Positions 1-13,429 of a DNA stretch of 64,000 bases are shown one piece after another. Numbering within the stretch: the stretch's first letter is position 1; every line of letters begins with the position of its first letter. Under the pieces are notes generated by a model. That model did not search any database. It saw only the letters and a list, made by a program, of their open reading frames with translations, and was not told the DNA's origin. Made by a program: the position numbers and the translations under genes. The stretch spans positions 109,554,001-109,618,000 of the forward strand of contig OX597820.1 of assembly GCA_951406725.2 (NCBI GenBank), in the 5' to 3' direction. Source of the DNA: Octopus vulgaris (lineage: Eukaryota).

Positions 1-269
1 TGCACAGTGTCTCTGTAGCAGATTTCCCAAGTTTAATGCAATTTTCACATTGGTGATTTGTTGCAACTTCCTTTCCATGACAAAAATCGCAGACTATAGC
101 ATACACATGATCACAAAATCTCAAATTTCACAACTTGCGAAGTAAACACAGTTATGTCACTTGGCATACTGCCTTTTGAAGGCTAGCTTTCACTGTGCAT
201 ACAACCATGTGCTGCTATCTGTTGGCATGCTATAGAACTAGTCCAGTAACTTTTTGATTCCATCTCGTA
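1..269 (-). mobile_element. Mariner element end (5' end of transposase plus terminal inverted repeat), truncated by the window edge
   Basis: Aligns by eye with 52110-52364 of the full-length mariner; ends AACTAGTCCAGTAACTTTTTGATTCCATCTCG followed by TA. Confidence 0.8.
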
Positions 270-329
270 TATATTTACCATCTTGTTCAATTTCTCTTAA
301 CTACAGCACTGTCTTAGCTGCTGTAATGC

Positions 330-1170
330 ATCATGCTGAGATGCACATTTTTCATTCCCCAAAACTTTTATGCTACTAGTTTCCCTTCTTAAAACCATCT
401 CCCCATGTCACCACCTTGCATTCTCAATATCATACCATACCACTATTCTATACCATCTCGTATCGCCCATTGAGCCCTTCCCTCACCTTTGTTCCTCTCT
501 CTCTCCCTCTTTCCCTATATATTCTCCTACATGCCTTTGATCTCTGCCCTCCTAACTGAGCATCCCTCACTCTCACTTCACACTTCACATTGTCTCCCTA
601 TTTCTTGTCTGTATGGTTTTATTACAATACTGCTTTCCACCCCACTATTTTTATACTACAACTTATCTCCTCCTCTTTGACCTGCACTTATTTCCTTCCA
701 TCTTCTCACAAACTGATATTCCTGATTGATCATGTCCTCTCCTCTGTTTGCTGTTCACAGCATCATCTGTATCCCTTTCTCTCACCCTCTGTCACTCACC
801 TCACATTCTTGCAAACTTACTTGTTCCACTATCCCCATCTTCTCACATCCTCCTGTACCATGAGTATATGTCCTGATACATCATCAGCACCATCTTCTCC
901 CCTTTTCCAGCTGGGGGTGGCCATCTGTCTCCTGTAAAACTCCTGTTCCTATCCCATTATCATACTTTTGCTTCTCAATACCTGGGATAAGCCATCTTCC
1001 TCAATTAAAGAGACACGAAAAAGTACACAGCACATTCTGAAACGAGACTGGCATTAGTAAGGGCATCAAAGGATAGGAACCATGCCAAAACAGACAGTAG
1101 ACCTCTCTGATCTTGTTAAACCATTCAGCCCATTGCCAACAATGAATACAGATGCTAAATTATGATGATG
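330..1170 (+). mobile_element. Degenerate RTE 3' UTR remnant
   Basis: GGCATTAGTAAGGGCATC motif and (GAT)n tail at 1050-1170; pyrimidine-rich upstream part resembles 54700-55650. Confidence 0.5.
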
Positions 1171-2374
1171 AGTACAATTTAATTTTAATATTTGCTATAA
1201 TTCAAATGGTTGTTGATTCAAGAAACTGTCCACATACCATACTATATTGATGCTAAAGCATTAACATTAATGACAATGTTACGGATTCCTGCTACCATTT
1301 GTATAATATTTATTATATTCCTGAGTTACCCTTTTCTGATCTGTAGTAACATTGCTATAATATGAGTCTTTCATCATGCATCGATACCTAGTAATTCTCT
1401 ATTCCACTGGATCATATTGTTATTGTGTTGCTTCCTTTAAATTGGTGATGGATAATTTTCATTTATTTCCTTTACAAATCATAAAGGATTACAATTTCAA
1501 CTTAATTGAGTGTAGTCAGTTGGTTTAAGTACAAACATTATTTTAGAACTAGAGTGTCCATGCCATTAATAAAAAAAAAATGTCATTAAACTTTGTGATA
1601 ACTATAACATTTTGGCTTGCATGTATGAATATTTGATTTTTCCAGTTGGAAGTATTGTTGAAAAACATATGTGATGGCAATTGCTAATAAGAGTATAAGG
1701 ACGTTAACAAAAATGCTCAAATAACAGAACAAAAAAATTATATTTATCACATCCCAAATATTATACAAGTTTAATTACTTTTAATATACACAATATGTTG
1801 TAGTCAATGAGTCAGTCATTATTCTACATTGTTATTGTCTACAATAAATACTCTACTTAATTTCACAAATGATGCACACACACACACACATCAAAACCAC
1901 CAAAATATATGTATATTTGAATTTTGATACAATGTTTTTAAAATTCCTTGTTTCCTCAAACCTGTGTATATGTATGGATGCACTTTGGTAATAAATCTAA
2001 CAATATATTTGTGATGTAACAGTGCTGTCGTTGTTAGTAATATATCAAAAGGATTTGATTAAGTTCCTATTTAGTTTCATTTCTCTTAGCTCTAATTTGA
2101 AGTTGTGGCAAAATTAGTTCCATTGTTAATCTGTCTCTTTTAGAACATTGGCTTTTTGTTTATGGCACAAATATAGTTTGAAGAAATGATATATAATTTT
2201 TACCCAATCAGAAAGCAGTATTTGGAAGCTAGCATTTTGTGCATGATGAAAGTAAACATTACAAGACAAAGTTTTAAGCAAAGTGAAAGTAATGTATGAG
2301 AGATGATACGTATACAGAGAGATAGATAGAGAGAGAGAGAGGGGGGGGAGGGAGGGGGGAGGTAAAGAGTGTGG

Positions 2375-3400
2375 TAATATCTCACAATGACCTGATAACA
2401 GCTTCAAAGGCTCTCTTATGTGCCATTGTTCATTCATCCCATATTATCATTTGGTATTTTCTGAGAATTTCAGCTATTTCTGAATTCTTACTGATATTGC
2501 ACACAGGACTTTCATTAGACTATATATCCAATGGAAATTTGAAAATTGAATAGGCTGTACAGCCTTCAGGTAGAAGGGTCGCGGCAATGCCTGATGATTC
2601 AATTGCAGTGGCAATTTTTCTTTGCTGTCTAACGTTTACCAAAAGTAGTTTTATAACAAATGTCTTTCCATTTTCTTCTGGTGCATCTAGAAAGAATATT
2701 TCACCCTTCTCATTTCTAATGTTGTCAACTGCTTTATATCAGAAAGTGGGCATAAAGCCACCTTCATTGATGTCATTTGGAATGCATCATTGTACTTCTA
2801 TATATTTTGAAGTACATGTCCTGATTCAGTAGTTGTAGTAACCAGCAGTCCCCTCAAGGGTTCTGGTGGTTCAGGTAATAGCTTCAACTTAATCTTTCCA
2901 TTTGAACGGCACAATCCAAGTGATTTACCTTTCCATTTTTAGCACCACAGTTTTGACAAAACTCGTTCATTGAGAATATTTGAATTAAAGGTTCTGAGGC
3001 ATAGTCTTGACATGGATGATAACTAAAAGCAGCAAAGTTCCACTTGAAAAAGTTTTTAAATCATAAATCTTTGGTTCTTGTTCTCTGTTCAGATAGCTTT
3101 TGAGTTGTTTGAGTTTCATCCAACCGATTTTAAGCTGCTCTATTTCTCTCCATTTGCTGTCTTGATGATTTTCATACAGTTGATTCCTTTTGGCGAAAAG
3201 TTGCTTTCATTGTCCTATCATCAGCAAGTCTTTTTCATCTTAGTTCTTCTGATTCATTTTTCCTATATTCTACTGCTCTTTACCTTTGTTTCTGGAGTCT
3301 CTCTTGTTGCTGCTCTTCACTTTCCTTTTCTCTTTTTAGCCACATTGCCCTAGTTTTATGAGACTTTCTTTCAAATGAAGGTCTATTCTTTGGTGGCATT
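2375..3400 (-). mobile_element. Helitron RepHel pseudogene with a large internal deletion
   Basis: Minus-strand translation gives CGAKKWKGKSLGLCRSNGKIKL, KYNDAFQMTS..GGFMPTF, then directly PIF1-type motifs IFFLDAPEENGKTF, SSGIAATLLPEG, IIWDE*TMAHKRAFEAV; several stop codons. Confidence 0.85.
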
Positions 3401-3681
3401 TTTTGCTTGCAGTTTCCAATGTCACTATTTACAAATTTAGAATTCTTCTACACAAAACTTCACTTCACAAAATATGACCGCTTTGAGGCATATAGCACTT
3501 CTGTACCAAACTTCACAAAATGAAAATAATATTACTTCAAATATGTAATATGAATATATAGAGAGAAACAATGATATCATTTGGCTGTTAGCTACAGTGG
3601 TGAAAATATAGGTAAGACATTAATGATTGTTATGTTATAATTCGTTTTCGAAAATAAAAATGATAATGTTTATTTTCATAA

Positions 3682-3729
<48 letters not shown>

Positions 3730-3749
3730 ATATATATATATATATAAGG

Positions 3750-5640
3750 AAAATAAGGCAAGGTAGAAAATGCTCAAATAATTTTATCATGAAATACATT
3801 TCAACTTTTTAAAACAGGAAAAGCAATTAAATCAAAGAAAATATTAAATAAAATGTTTTTCAAATATTTCCATAGTCTTCAGATAGGTAGGACTTCTGTT
3901 TTTTCTGTCTGTCTGTCTGTCTGTCTCTCTCTTTTCCTTTGTGAAGGCTCAGTAGATAGTAGCAGATCTGAAAAAATAGTGTTTATGGGTGCAGAGAAGT
4001 TGGTTCTGAAGTTTGGTGATTTTAAACAGTGGAGGAAAGAGATGGAAAAGAAGAGAAAGAAAAAGAAGAGGAAGAAAGAGTAGGAAAAGAAGAGGGAGAA
4101 GAAGAAAGAAAGAAAAGAAAAAAAAAACAGGAGTGGTTTGACAGTAGTAGAGGCTGTTTGTGGAATCATCTTTAATGGTCAAGTGACTTAAAAGTGACCT
4201 GTTGTGGTTGTAGCAGTAGTGATAGGAACTGTTCTTAATAAATTCATAGGTAGTGACTGTTCTTAATATATCTATTGTGTTATCTATGGTGGAAGCATTT
4301 GCGATAAAATATGATTCTTGCTACTGCATTGATTATAGGTTGCATTGTCCCTGAATTTATCAAGGGGAAAAATTCTAAAGTTGAGTTATTCATTAGTGGC
4401 ACAAATATTGAGGTGTTGACTTAATGCTATTTTTCTGTATTCCCATATTTTAATCTGGGATCTATGTATGGTCATCCTCTGGCATACTGTTTTTAGTTTG
4501 GCCAATATATTGGTATCGACACCCTGAGCAAGCTGACTCATATATTATGTTTTCCAAAGCTCATGTGAAATTGTTTTCACTGTAAAATGTTGACCCTTTT
4601 TGAAGGAGTACTCCGATCCCTCAATTAGGCTGACGCATATACCACAGTTAGGTCTTCTGCATTTTTTTACTGTCAGTTTCAGTGTTGTTGATGGGTGTAC
4701 TTGGGCTTATGTTAGAAGACTTTTCATTGACTTGAGTTGTCTTTTGCTCTTTATGATGGTGTGTGTTAGGAGGATTTGATTCATTCTATCGTCCCCTTTT
4801 AGTAAAGGAATGTTCTAGAGGATAGTGTTGAAGGCCTTATTGTTTAGGGGGTTGTGTGTGAATATGTATGGTAGGGTTTTTGATTGTAAATGCTTCTTTA
4901 GTTTAGGATGTCTGAGTTCTTGGATGTTGAGTTGTAGGGCATGTTAAAAACCTATGTCAATTAGTGATGGTGGGTGATTCCTGCTGATGAGTGTATCCTT
5001 TAGTTCATGTAGTCATGCGTCCTTGGTGCTTGTATCAGATGCTATAGTTTTTGTGAGGTTGAAGGAAACATTCATTCTAGTGTGTCTGGGGTGGCATGAG
5101 TTAAATGGTAGATATTGTTTGGAGTCCGTGGGCTTATAGTATATGTCTCTTTCTATTTTGCTTTTGGATTTCTTAATGAGGATGTTGAGGAATGGAAGTT
5201 GTTGATGGCTATATTCCATCATAAATTTAATATTTATGTCAAGTCCATTTAGAGGTGCTTCAAATACTTTAACTCTCTCTATACTTTCATGCCAAAGAAT
5301 GAAGCAGGCATCTAGATATCTCTTCCAATTATTTTCTATGTACAGGGAAAATGGGTTTCCATATTTTTCTAGTCCCTTAAGATAAAGAATGACTAGGTTA
5401 GCAAAGGAGGGAGCCATTCTCATACCCATCGCAGTCATCGAATTCTGTTGATAGAAGTTGTCATTGAATATGAAGAAGTTATTCTCTAAGATAAATTTTA
5501 GCCCTTTCATTACAAATTCTTTTTTGATGTGATGTGGGAGTTCATTGGAGTAATTCTCTTGCCAGAATTGGATTGCCTCCATTCCTAGGCTAAGCGGAAT
5601 GTTAGAATAGAGATTCACTACATCGAAGGATACTAGTAGG
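3750..5640 (-). mobile_element. Penelope-like retroelement, decayed RT plus GIY-YIG region and 3' terminus
   Basis: ORF 5013-5618 has AMGMRMAPSFANL, WKRYLDACF, LPFLNI, IYYKPTDSKQYL..SCHPRH; Cys-rich linker CRRPNCGIC downstream; ends at (TA)n. Confidence 0.85.
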
Positions 5641-5729
5641 GTTTTTTTTTATTTATGTATGTGTGACTATGCGACTATGCATGTATATATGTGTGTGTGT
5701 GTGTGTATGTATATACATATGTGTATATA

Positions 5730-5770
<41 letters not shown>

Positions 5771-6066
5771 TAGAAGACAAACCTGGCCTTGCTTGGGATT
5801 AAAATAGTTTATTATTGTTTTATTTGTTTCAACGATGATGATGGTATTATAACCCAGTTTCATTCGGGTCTACACGGGCCACATTTTAAAAGATGAAGAA
5901 TGTTGCTCTGGAGGCCACGCGTTTCTAATGAGCAAACTCAAAATTGCTATGCAAGTTTGCCAGCACTTTTAACATAGGTGTGCAAATTTTCAGCTCAATC
6001 CAACCACATATGCACACATATATATATACACACACACACATATATATTCAAATATCGATATGTACA

Positions 6067-6133
<67 letters not shown>

Positions 6134-6579
6134 CACACATTATATATATATATATATTTATACACACACACACTTATATAAATTAACATAATAAATATCT
6201 GATTAATAATATCTGTTATCATTATTGTGCGGTGGTGGGCGATAATAATTCACTGTTGTAAAAGCCCTATAGTGGGAATATTTAAACTTCAGGAGAGTGA
6301 AATATATTTCCGACACAATATAATTATTTACTATTTTATTCTTCTCCATTAATCACACTTGTGGCTGTCAACGCTTTCTCTCTATAAATACAGAAAGATG
6401 TACAGAGAGAGAGAGAGGCTGGGGAAGAAAGAGCGACAGAGAGACAGCGAATACAGAGAGGGAAAGAGAGTGAGTAGAAGCTGTCAAAAGCCGTTATAGA
6501 GATAAAGAGGAGGGAAGTGGGGAAAGAGAGAGATGGAAGAAGAAAGTGTGATAACTGTAAGAGAGAAACAACAAACACT

Positions 6580-6782
6580 TGTCAAAGTTCGTTTAAAGAC
6601 GATGAATTTTCACTCATTTTACCATAGCAACCACATCTTTATAGCTTGCGAATTTTAACCATCAAGGGTCTCATCCTCACCACACATTTAGTATCCCTGC
6701 CAAATTTCAGCTTGATCCTAGCCTCGGTTTGACCACCATTAACTGTCAAAGCAAAATGTGCATACAATTTTTGTCCAAGGAC

Positions 6783-6790
<8 letters not shown>
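6580..6790. mobile_element. Short non-autonomous repeat, possibly Helentron-associated
   Basis: TGCCAAATTTCAGCTTGATCC-type motif ending in TTTTATATATA; resemblance from memory only. Confidence 0.3.
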
Positions 6791-6827
<37 letters not shown>

Positions 6828-7266
6828 AGCATGTATGTAAATGTGTCTATATGTAAGTATGTATGTATGTATGTATGTATGTATGTGTGTATATGTAAGT
6901 ATGCATTTGTAAATGTATGTATATGTATTTGTGCATGTATATACCTATGTAAGTATGTGGATGTATATGTGTGTATATATGTAAATATATGTATATATAA
7001 AAAAATATATATCTGTATGTCCAGATATGCAAGTTAGAAATCATATAATTTTTTTTTTAATGTATATATATGTATGTATATGCATATGTGCATATATACC
7101 CACCTATCTGTGTATAAGTATCTGAGTGCATATATGTGTACATATGTGTATGTGTGTGCATGTGTATATATATAAGGATGTGTATGTAGGAATGTAGACG
7201 CATGTGTGTGGGTGTATGTGTATATGCATGTATATATGTGTATGCATATATCTATCTATCTATCTA

Positions 7267-7314
<48 letters not shown>

Positions 7315-7440
7315 CTGGTTGTCTACTCCTTATGCAGAGTTTGACCAACTCCTGTACCTACACTTTAGAACTATCATGGCATCTGATGTGGCTTTTTAAA
7401 CCAGATAGTGTTTTGAAAAGTATGTATACACTACCTCATC

Positions 7441-9080
7441 GATGAAATACAGAGACCTTCTCTTTGTGGCTGGCGAATTCAATGGGCATGTTGGACAACA
7501 TGCAGGGGTCTTCCATGCAGTGCATGGAAGCTATGGCTTTGGTTCCCGTAATGAGGAAGGAACCAGGCTACTGGAGTTCTGCGATACAAATGATCTTATG
7601 TTTTGGAATACTAACTCCAGGAAACCTGCCAGTCACCTATTCACCTTCCAATCTGGTAGTCACACTAGTCAAATTGATTACATCCTTGCCAGGAAACAGG
7701 AAAGATGGCTACTTATAAATGCCAAAACCTTTCTTAGTGAAGAATGCACCCCACAACGTACATTAGTACTTAGCGACTTCATGATCAGAAAGAAAGCATG
7801 ATGGTAACGTGATGGTGGAACAATGTAGTTGACAGGGTCATTAGAGAAAAAAAACAGGCATGGAAAGACTGGAAGAACAGTGGTAGCAGGAAATTGTCTC
7901 AGACTGCCAGAAGGGAAGCTAGGAGGCAGGTTTACTTAGCCAGAGGAGAAGCAGATAAGAAAAAATTTACCAATGTTCTGCATAGTGAGGACCAAAGACT
8001 TGAAGTGTTTCGTGTTTTAAGACAGTGTGTGAGAGAGAATGATGATGTTGTAGGAGAGAAATGCATCTGCATGGATAATGGCTCACTTGCATTTAATGAG
8101 GCTGCAAAGAGAGAGACTTAGAGACACCACTATGAAAGGTTGCTGAATAAAGAAAATGAATGTGAGAAAGAGAGTCTGTCGAATGTCGACCCAACAGAGG
8201 GACCAGCTATTCGAATTAACAGTACCTTGGTAGATAAAGCAATTAAGGATATGAAGACAGGGAAGCTCCTGGCCCATCAGGAACCACCGCAGAGATGGTT
8301 AAAATATCTGGCAGTGTTGGTTATAGTCTAGTCACCTGTATAGTCAGTCAGGTAGTACATGAAGGAGTCATACCCAATAACTGGTGTAGCAGCACCATAG
8401 TCAACTGCTACAAAGGTAAAGGTGATGCATTAGATATAAATAATTACAGAGGTACCAAGTTGTTGGATCAGGTGATGAAAGTCACGGAGAGGGTCATAGC
8501 CCAACTAATTAGGGAGAGAGTCAGTATAGATGAGATCCACTTTGAGTTTGTGCCAAGGAAAAGCACCACTGATGCTATATTTCTGGTAAGACGGCTGCAG
8601 GAGAAATACATAGCCAAAGATAAACCTCTGTACCTGACTTTCATTGGGATGGAGAAAGCCTTTGACAGGGTCCCCCCGATCCCTTATCTGGTGGTCAATG
8701 AGGACACTAGGGATAGATGAATGGTTAGTGAGAGCTGTACAAACCATGTTCAGAGATGCTGTCAGTAAGGTGAGGGCTGGCAAATAGTACAGTGAAGAAT
8801 TCTTGGTAGGGGTCCACCAAGGATCAGTCCTCAGCTCCCTCTTATTCTTCATAGTCATCCAGGCAATAACAGAGGAATTGAAAACAAGATGCACCTGGGA
8901 GCTTCTCTATGCTGATGACCTTGCTCTAATAGCTGAGTCCCAATCAGAACTAGAGGAAAAGTTTCAGGTGTGGAAGCAAAGTCTAGAATCGAAGCGCCTT
9001 AGAATCAATGTCGCAAAAACCAAAGTCTTAATAAGTAGAAAGGCAGACAAACCACAAATCGCTTCAGGAAGATGGGCTGT
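7441..9080 (+). mobile_element. RTE-clade LINE fragment (APE endonuclease plus RT), frameshifted
   Basis: VAGEFNGHVG, SQIDYIL, YKGKGDA..NYRG, MEKAFDRV, GVHQGSVLS, LLYADDL. Confidence 0.95.
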
Positions 9081-9677
9081 GACTACTGATAGGTAGACAG
9101 ACAGACAGTCAGTCAGATGGGTAGAGGGTAAAAGAGAGAAAGGGTATCCACCATCCTATTCACCATTCATTCTTTCATTTATTTATTTTTCCTTTTACCA
9201 TTGTATTGGAATGAGTTTAAGGATGGTGATCACTTTAAAAAAAAAACAGGTGTAGTTTGGTCATCACTGAAAGTCTTTTTGCTTTCTTTCTATCCCTTTT
9301 TACCTCCTTTCTTTTTTTCTTTCTTTTTCCCTTTTTTCTTCCTTTCTTTTTCTCTTTGAGTTATATTTAGAATATATCCCTTCCAGACATTCATTTTTGG
9401 AGGGAATTAATGAAAAGTAGTATAATATTTGCAAATTAACTATTGAAAAATCAATCAGTAAATAAAATAATACACACACAAAGCTAAAAACATCCCAATG
9501 CTACATGTAGATATGTCTGAACATTTGTAGAGATGAACCACATTTGGAATAAAGAATTCAAATTCTCCACTTTACCTTCAAACATTCAATTTTAGGGAGG
9601 GTTCCTTGATGAAGTGTGTGTGTGTGTGTGTGTGTGTGTGGTTGGAAATATGTCCATGTTTATATATATATATGTAT

Positions 9678-10092
9678 ACTCTTTTACTTGTTTCAGTCAT
9701 TTGACTGTGGCCATGAGGAGCACCGCCTTTTAGTCAAGCAAATCGACACCAGGACTTATTCTTTTGTAAGCCTAGTACTTATTCTATCGGTCTCCTTTTG
9801 CCGAACCGCTAAGTTACGGGGACATAAACACACCAGCATTGGTTATTAAGCAATGTTGAGGAGGACCAACACAGACACACAAACATATACATGCACACAT
9901 ACATATACATATATATATATACATATATATGACAGGCTTCCTTCAGTTTCCATCTACCAAATCCACTCACAAAGCTTTGGTTGGCCCGAGGCTATAGTAG
10001 AAGACACTTGCCCAAGGTGCCACGCAGTGTGACTGAACCCGGAACCATGTGGTTGGTAAGCAAGCTACTTACCACAAAGCCACTCCTACGCC
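9678..10092 (-). mobile_element. tRNA-derived SINE with CORE-like body and LINE-type tail
   Basis: Minus strand has A/B-box head GGAGTGGC..GGTAAG..GGTTCCGGGTTCAGTC, then CCTTGGGCAAGTG, an internal TA/TG tract and tail CAGTCAAATGACTGAAACAAGTAAAAG; multi-copy in window. Confidence 0.9.
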
Positions 10093-10134
10093 TGTTTATA
10101 TATATTTATGTGTCTGTGTGTGTATATATATATT

Positions 10135-10510
10135 TTATTCTTTACTTGTTTCAGTCATTTGACTGCAGCCATGTTAGAGCACCACCTTTAGTCGAACAAA
10201 TTAACTCCTAGGCTTATTCTTTCTAAGCCTAGTACTTATTCTATTGGACCTTTTGCTGAACTGTTAAGTTACAGTGATGGAAACATGCCAGTATTGTTCG
10301 TTAAGTGATGCTGGAGGGGACAGAGACTCAAACAAATGCATACATACATATGTATATATCTATATACGGCAAGCTTCTTTTAGTTTCCCTCTACCAAATT
10401 CACTGAGAAGGGTTTGGTCAACTTGAGGCTATAGTAGAAGACACTTGCCCAAGGTGACACACAATGGAACTGAACCCAGAACCATGTTACCACACAGCCA
10501 TGCCTATGCC
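10135..10510 (-). mobile_element. Second tandem copy of the same SINE
   Basis: Same head, body and tail order as 9678-10092. Confidence 0.9.
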
Positions 10511-10524
10511 TATATATGTATAGT

Positions 10525-11912
10525 TAGAAGAAATCTAATCACCTTCTTTGAGAAAATGACTTGCTGACTGACATCCAACATGGTTTCTGACCAGGAAGAA
10601 GCTGCATAACTCAGCATTATGACTGGGTATTGAAGAAGCTTCTCAGCCACTCAAATGTGGAAGTGATATATCGCGACTTTGCGAAGGCTTTTGACAACGT
10701 TAATGATGGAATGATATGTTACAAAGTGCGTGATCTTGGCACAGTCAGGAAATTGGGAGAATGGCTGCATGACTTACTGAAACATAGAAGTCAAGCAGAG
10801 TTATGGGGCTAACTCCAGAGTCAAGAGTTAGTCATGGGGCTAACTCCAAAGACACGCAAATATTGAGCAGTGTCCCCCAATGCACTGTTTTGTAACCACT
10901 ACTGTTTATAATGGCCCTCTCAGATATACCTTCAGCCATACAGAGAGCAACAATCACAAGTTATGCATATGATACAAAAGTCTCACATGTGATACAGAAC
11001 CCTGAAGACGCTATGTATCTGCAACGTGAGTTAGATGAAACATACAAGTAGGCTAAGAAGAATAACACAAAGCTTAATGCTGAAAAGTTTCAAGCCTTGT
11101 GCTATCAGCATGCAAAACTGACTGCACTACCAATAAAATACACTGGACCTGGAGGGATTGCAATCCCAGAGATACAGTCAGTGCAAGACCTGGGCATTTA
11201 CATGAGTAATGATTCATCTTTCCATGTACATGTTGCTAAATTGGCAATGAAATGCAGACAGCTAACCTGATGGATTCTTAGAAATTTTTAAATCGAGAAA
11301 TCAGGAAACCATGATGGTTCTCTGGAGGACATTTATCCTAAGCTGCTTGGACTATTGCTTCTAGCTATGGTCACCAACCAATGTAAAATTAATTTCAGAA
11401 CTTGAGGCAGTCCAATAAAGCTACACAAAGTAGATAGCCTCTATGTGGCATATAAGTCACAGGTAAAGACTCAAGAGATTGAGACTCTATTCTCTGGAGT
11501 GTAGGTATAAAAGATGCCATAATATACATCTGGAAGATCCTGGAGGGACTTGTCTCAAACTTGGGCATTGAGTGTTACACTAACACTAGAATAGGGTGTT
11601 ACTGCATAGTGCCAAAGATCCAAACTTTGCCATCAAAATATAGGACCAAGTATTATGACACATGGGCTTTAAAGGACCACAGCTCTTCAATATCATCCTG
11701 AAGAACCTGGTCTCATCAGAACGAAACTAGATCTCTTACTGTCAAGAGTCCCAGATGAATCAACTTCACAGCAGGAAGTGCAAATGAGAGCAGTGGCATC
11801 AAACTCCCTTATGTAGCAAATGTCAAGTTCGAAAATAAATTGGTGAAGTAAAAGTTATGTAGCAATACCAAATGGTGGTGCCCCAGCATGGCCACAGCTC
11901 ATGAGCTGAAAC
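10525..11912 (+). mobile_element. 5'-truncated CR1/L2-group LINE (RT plus 3' tail), decayed
   Basis: QHGF*PGRSC, VIYRDFAKAFD, VPQ..VL.PLLF, YAYDTKV, LDYC..WSP, LYSLE; 3' stem-loop CAGCTCATGAGCTGAAAC. Confidence 0.85.
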
Positions 11913-12182
11913 CAGTCCAATTCTATTCACATATATATGCGTATATATATATAAAATTTAAATATAGGATAAAATCTTTGTAAGAATTTATCAAGTAGTC
12001 AGTGTGAAAAGCTTATAAGGGAAAAATTTATAATTATTCCCTTTATTATATTAAGGGCATTACTACACATAAATGCCTCATGCTATGAGGGATTCTTAAA
12101 GTCAAAACTACCATAATAAATATACAGTGTACCGACAGTGAGGGAATGCAACTTGGAAGCCATCCTTTAAAAACAGATTCAG

Positions 12183-12235
12183 CTGCAAATCATGATTTCA
12201 TAGTGTACATAATCCACTTCTAATCGTCAGTGCAG
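12183..12235 (-). ncRNA. Type I hammerhead ribozyme-like motif
   Basis: CTGCA|CTGACGA|TTAG..CTAT|GAAAT-CATG-ATT|TGCAG: 5-bp stem I, canonical core, palindromic stem III; weak base of stem II. Confidence 0.75.
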
Positions 12236-12717
12236 GCATAATCAAGACACATAAAAATGAACAAAATTCAACATACCAGACAAACACCAAATGTATCCAA
12301 CATAGTACATAGAAATGTTCACACTTATATATCTATGTAAGAGGCGGGCTTTTCAAATTACGTCTCAATATATGTGTATATATAGATATGTATGTATACA
12401 CACACACACACACACACATACATATATATGTGCATGTATATATAGATATATATATATGTATTTATATATGCATATATATGTATTTATGTATGTATATATA
12501 TATGCATATATAATGCAATGTAAACAGTATCATTTATAATATTACAAATTTGGGCTTTTACCAATAGAACCACAACTCCTATTTCAGGATGAGAAAGTTA
12601 TATCCAATAAAATAATATAAGTGGTTAAAAAACCTAATATAAAATACAATAAAATTATTTGAAAAAATATATATAACTTAACTGTTATTACTCTGTGGGG
12701 AAAGAAGGTATTTCTAA

Positions 12718-12806
12718 TAAACGCTACATATGTTTCTGCACTGGTGGGGTGTTTATCAAGGCTATACATAATACATAAATCCACCAGTGCGTCCTCAGGC
12801 TATTTA
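12718..12806 (-). ncRNA. Type I hammerhead ribozyme-like motif in a solo PLE terminus
   Basis: TAAATAGC|CTGAGGA|cGCACTGGTGG..CCACCAGTGCa|GAAAC-ATAT-GTA|GCGTTTA: 10-bp stem II with a C.A mismatch at its base. Confidence 0.8.
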
Positions 12807-13429
12807 TCTTATTATTATTATTAAAGGATCAAAGTTGAAAATACATATTAGAAGTCATATTAGATAGAAAATAAGAATATGAATAAAAATATAATAGAAA
12901 TATATAAATTACAAATATGTTTTTTAAGATTAAAAAAATTAAACACCTAAAATTACAATACCGATATATATAGAAAATGCTAAACATAAGGAAATCCTCA
13001 ATGACTATATTATAAACACATCAAATCCTACAACCTATTACGGGAATTTAGTGTAAGACTTACCCCTAACTATACAAGTATAAATTACCAGTTTTTATGT
13101 CAAACGTAAGTTAATAGTATTTTAAAAGATTATTTAGTAAAAACCACTATATATGTTACAAATTTCTTGAATAAAACTAGTAAAACATCTATTAAAAAAA
13201 TTGTAAGTCCGATATAGGAAGCCTCAGTAAACTTATATTAGATAAATATATAGATATATTAACAGCAGTGCATCAGCATGGCCGCAGCTCTTAGCTAGAA
13301 CATTAAAAAACAAAAAAAAGACAAACTTAAAACATTAAATAACCTTAAACTCTGGAGTTGTACCCGAGATACTTTAAATTGGTTCAAAAATATTAAAAAT
13401 AAAAATAGGTGCAAGTTCATTCAAATAAT

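Noticed and set aside
10020-10092. tRNA-like sequences (also 16450-16532, 33168-33230, 56970-57040)
   Set aside because: A/B-box heads continue into SINE bodies; no complete cloverleaf
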